From the NCBI GenBank assembly GCA_002269645.1, contig NIVC01003885.1, forward strand, positions 7,799-71,798: a stretch of 64,000 bases of DNA, in the 5' to 3' direction. Made by a program: the position numbers and the translations under genes. This document shows positions 59,250-64,000 of the stretch, in pieces (the first letter of the stretch is position 1; the number at the start of each line of letters is the position of its first letter). The DNA comes from Macrostomum lignano (Eukaryota). Under the pieces are notes generated by a model. The model did not search any database, had not been told where the DNA came from, and saw only the letters and a program-made list of their open reading frames with translations.

Positions 59250-60222
59250 CGGGGACAGAGGCGCCAACCATCAGGGACAGAGGGGCCAACCTTCAGGGAC
59301 AGAGGCGCCATCAACCATCAGGGACAGAGGCGCCAACCTTCAGGGACAGAGGCGCCATCAACCATCAGGGACAGAGGCGCCAACCTTCAGGGACAGAGGC
59401 GCCATCAACCATCAGGGACAGAGGCGCCATCAACCATCAGGAACAGAGGCGCCATTAACCATCAGGAACAGAGGCGCCATCAACCATCAGGGACAGAGGC
59501 GCGCCATCAACCTTCAGGGACAGAGGCGCCATTAACCATCAGGAACAGAGGCGCCATCAACCATCAGGGACAGAGGCGCGCCATCAACCTTCAGGGACAG
59601 AGGCGCGCCATCAACCATCAGGGACAGAGGCGCCATCAACCATCAGGGACAGAGGCGCCATCAACCATCAGGGACAGAGGCGCCATCAACCTTCAGGGAC
59701 AGAGGCGCCAACCTTCAGGGACAGAGGCGCCATCAACCATCAGGGACAGAGGCGCCATCAACCATCAGGGACAGAGGCGCGCCATCAACCATCAGGGACA
59801 GAGGCGCCAACATTCGGGGACAGAGGCGCCAACCTTCAGGGACAGAGGCGCCATCAACCATCAGGGACAGAGGCGCCAACCTTCAGAGACAGAGGCGCCA
59901 TCAACCATCAGGGACAGAGGCGCGCCATCAACCATCAGGGACAGAGGCGCCAACATTCGGGGACAGAGGCGCCAACCTTCAGGGACAGAGGCGCCAACCT
60001 TCAGGGACAGGGGCGCCATAAACCATCAGAGACAGAGGCGCGCCATCAACCTTCAGGGACGGAGGCGCCATCAACCATCAGGGACAGAGGCGCCATCAAC
60101 CTTCAGGAACAGAGGCGCCATCAACCTTCAGGGACAAACGCGCCATCAATCTTCAGGGAAAGAGGCGCCATCAACCATCAGGGACAGAGGCGCCAACCTT
60201 CAGGGACAGAGGCGCCAACCTA
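59250..60222. repeat. Mixed 22/25/27-bp minisatellite
   Basis: Monomers cagggacagaggcgccaacctt / cagggacagaggcgccatcaaccat / cagggacagaggcgcgccatcaaccat. Confidence 0.97.
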
Positions 60223-62036
60223 ACTGTATAATTTTTCCAGTTCTCAACCTTTGATTAAAACGATAATTCAAAATGAAGACATTTAGCGGACATTTCTTGA
60301 AAATTGCTCATAAATGAAAGAGCATTTGCATGAAAATAAAAAACCCTGATAAAAATCTTTAATAAACTTTTGTGTGCCAGTCCTGGACTTTGACAACTCG
60401 CCTGGAGGCCATGCTCTCCTCTCACCGAATCACCCCACCAAACAGATATTTCTGGCCGTATTGTTTTTGTCATTTTCTTTATCAAAAGAACCGTGGGAAA
60501 CGGGGCCTCTGAATACAGCTTGCCTTAATGTCTCGCCTATTACTAATAAACAATTTTAAAGCTCCTGCTACTGCCTACTACAAATAACTGCCAACTGGTG
60601 CTACGGTCGAATAGTAGGCTAATAACCCATCCGGCCATCCGTGCCAGGCGATCAAACCAAAATCAGAGCAGACAAGATCAAAGACAGACAGCCAAGCAAT
60701 TGCGCTTTCTTCCTCCGATAAGTCCCGACCTCCTCAACTCCCATTATGCCATGACAGCCCCCCTCCCTCCCTCTACCCCAGACAGACGCTCGCTTATCTT
60801 GGCGGCCAACACACTCAATTTTTAAAAAATCCTTTTGCCAAAGCTTATAACAGATAGAGTTTTTATACAGAGTGCAGCCGAGCCCTCCCCGGGCTTTAGG
60901 GAAGCGCAAGTTTGGTTTAAGCAAACGGAGAAGGAGAACTGTCACGGGTGGGGTCGGGTCGGGTTTTTGGAGAAGATTGCCAGTTAATAATGAACAGCGG
61001 CCCAGATCTAACCCCCCTACGGAAAACTAACGTGCGGTCCCGAAATCAACCTCTACTCCTGACCCGCCCACAACCCCCGCCAAGAAGGGTGAGCGGGCGG
61101 CTATTTTTAGTTCATCCAGCCAGTTGCGTACATTGGCAACGACCTACTCCTCCCGCTTTGCCCTCTCACCCCACCACCCCACTGGGGGCCAACACGTCGC
61201 CGCCGAGTTCACTCCTTCGCGTCCAAACCCCCGACACTCTCCCCACCCCAATATCTCTCTCTCGCGTGCCAAAAAGCCCGTTTGGAAGTCAGCGGGGGGC
61301 CACCACCCATTTAGTTTAATGCACGCGACATTGCTGTTGGCCCTGTGGTGAACGGTGTGTGGGCTGGGCGCTGTTCATCTGTTCCCATACCGTTCCTACC
61401 AGCTTATTGCTGCTAGCACGCACGTTGAACTAAATTGTACTACCTTCAACAACAAAGTAAGTTAGTCTAGGAGTTATTAGGCGAGAAGAGAAAAAATCAA
61501 GTACGTTTTCGGACCAGATACTAAACGAGTATAACACAACTAACTTGACAACTTGAGCCTTGAGCTAGTTTGCAAAATAGCTAGTTTTTTTAACTGTCTG
61601 TATTGTCTTATTTTCGCTTATGACAATATACTAAAATATTTACTTGTTGTCGAGTCCCGCCCCGTAGTAAGGGCAAGGCCCAACAACTGGTTTTGATCGA
61701 GAACGAGCACCCGAGCACACGCAATGGCCTTGGAATCTGATTAAATAATTTTAAATTAGGGAAGCCGCTATTAGGAAGGCTTTTTATAGCTTGCTATTTT
61801 ATTGCTTACCTTGATCAAGTCCTCCAAACTCCCTCGATTTTATTGCCCGCCACACCCCTTTAACCCCAGTCATTCAATATTTACCGGATTAGTGCTGCCA
61901 TTGTGTGCAATCTAATCTAATCTACATAATCTTTGTTTTATTTGAGCCCAGCCCTAATAAAACTGAAACGAGTGCTACTGCTACGATAGTGGATATATAT
62001 TTATTACCATATCAGCTTGGCTCAGCTAATTAAAAG

Positions 62037-62162
62037 CCACATGGGCTGCACATCCAGCACCGAGAGGCGCGGTTCCACTGCACTTGGGGTGCCGATTTCA
62101 CTGGCATTGATCGACTTCAGCAGCAGCAGCATAACTTCACCGACCTTGCTGCCGACGCACAG
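62037..62162 (+). CDS. Possible unassigned exon (PHGLHIQHREARFHCTWGADFTGIDRLQQQQHNFTDLAADAQ)
   Basis: GC-rich island, aaag|CCA...CAG|gtgagc, 126 nt, phase 0/0; no recognised homology. Confidence 0.25.
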
Positions 62163-62228
62163 GTGAGCTGCATGAGCCAGTATCCTTGAAGATTTACGTG
62201 TGTGGCTACCTACATGTAGGTAGATCAC

Positions 62229-63062
62229 TCTGACACTGGCCTGACTGATCTAGTCACCCTGACACTGGCCTGACTGATCTAGTCACCCTGACACTGGCCT
62301 GACTGATCTAGTCACCCTGACACTGGCCTGACTGATCTAGTCACCCTGACACTGGCCTGACTGATCTAGTCACCCTGACACTGGCCTGACTGATCTAGTC
62401 ACCCTGACACTGGCCTGACTGATCTAGTCACCCTGACACTGGCCTGACTGATCTTCTAGTCACTCGACACTGGCCTGGCCCCCATCTAGTCACTCTGACA
62501 CTAACCCGGCCTCCATCTAGTCACTCTGACACTGGCCTGACTGATCTAGTCACTCTGAAACTGGCCTGGCCTCCATCTAGTCACCCTGACACTGGCTTGA
62601 CTGATCTAGTCACTCTGACACTGTCCTGACTGATCTAGTCACTCTGACACTGGCCTGACTGATCTAGTCACTCTGAAACTGGCCTGGCCTCCATCTAGTC
62701 ACTCTGACACTGGCCTGACTGATCTAGTCACTCTGAAACTGGCCTGGCCTCCATCTAGTCACCCTGACACTGGCTTGACTGATCTAGTCACTCTGACACT
62801 GGCCTGACTGATCTAGTCACTCAGACACTGGCCTGACTGATCTAGTCACTCTGACACTGGCCTGGCCCCCATCTAGTCACTCTGACACTGGCTTGGCCCC
62901 CATCTAGTCACTCTGACACTGGCCTGACTGATCTAGTCATCTGACACTGGCTTGGCCCCCATCTAGTCACTCCGACACTGGCTTGGCCCCGATCTAGTCA
63001 CTCTGACACTGGCCTGGCCCCCATCTAGTCACTCTGAGTCTGACACTGGCCTGACTGATCTA
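62229..63062. repeat. 29-bp minisatellite
   Basis: (gacactggcctgactgatctagtcaccct)n with variants. Confidence 0.97.
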
Positions 63063-63684
63063 TCATAAGTCAGGCCTATGCATGGTATGCTCTTTCATGG
63101 TTTAATGACTTAGACTAGTCTTTCTTACATTAAAACCATGAACGTGCAAAGCAACTAGAGTTCGTAATTCCACAATTTCTACTCCCTTATCCTGGGTGTT
63201 AAGGGCTATGATAGAAATAAGAAGGAACTGATCTGGGAACATATAAAAAATTCTCATTAACATCTAGCCCTGAACCCTTCCTTCCCAACTGGCCAAATTC
63301 TCCCAGCTATGATATTATTGCCCAAGGGTGTGCCTGTGCATGGTACGAGCGTATTTATTAACAGCCTAGTTGCACTCAGTGCTCTGTCTCTACTCACACG
63401 TGGCTTTTCTCAGCAGCTCACTTGCCTCAGCACTCTGCAGCAATCACCAGTCCTCATCACTCGTGAAGGAGGCTGGTTGAGATGAGGAGTAACTTGAAAT
63501 TCTTGTAGATGATGTTGGCAGTGTTGGCCCCACTGGAAAGTGGCAAGTAAGTAGGATTTGCTTCAACCTTGTGCTCGGCTTGCTGCACTGCATTCGGTGC
63601 AGTGCGGGGATGCAGATTAGAGATGCTGGAGTTTCCAGCTGCCAGCTGAACTAAAGTACATATACATATTTGCACCGCCGAGAT

Positions 63685-63958
<274 letters not shown>

Positions 63959-64000
63959 TTAATCCTATTAGAGTTAAAAACTCAAGAGTTTAGTGAACAA

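Noticed and set aside
59197-60254. 345-aa ORF and CRISPR-like appearance
   Set aside because: Tails recur rather than being unique spacers, no cas genes, eukaryotic context; the ORF is repeat-derived

Overview
Eukaryotic, intron-rich animal DNA: GC-rich exons with poly-Q/poly-A runs, AT-rich introns packed with mini- and microsatellites. The composition suggests a free-living flatworm such as Macrostomum (inference only). I reconstructed four genes by hand from splice sites and reading-frame phase. (1) A ~27-kb minus-strand RGS22-like multi-RGS-domain gene (30388->3577): 19 phase-consistent core exons, ~1280 aa, plus candidate alternative exons. (2) A divergently transcribed MBD5/6-like gene (35909->42474). 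(3) An Enhancer of Polycomb (EPC) gene directly downstream on the same strand (46926->51373). (4) A secreted WSC-domain gene (55673->56037+). The MBD5-like -> EPC tandem order matches the human MBD5-EPC2 pair at 2q23.1 and is the most notable observation. Three coding regions carry single-base frameshifts; assembly indels are the most likely cause, although one is a textbook UUU-UAA 'shifty stop'. The window also holds a decayed NOF/FB-like transposase, two tRNA-derived SINE families, five small DNA transposons (MITEs; four with visible target-site duplications, TSDs) and about 20 distinct tandem arrays. No CRISPR, rRNA or bona fide tRNA was found. All protein family calls come from motif recall, not database searches.
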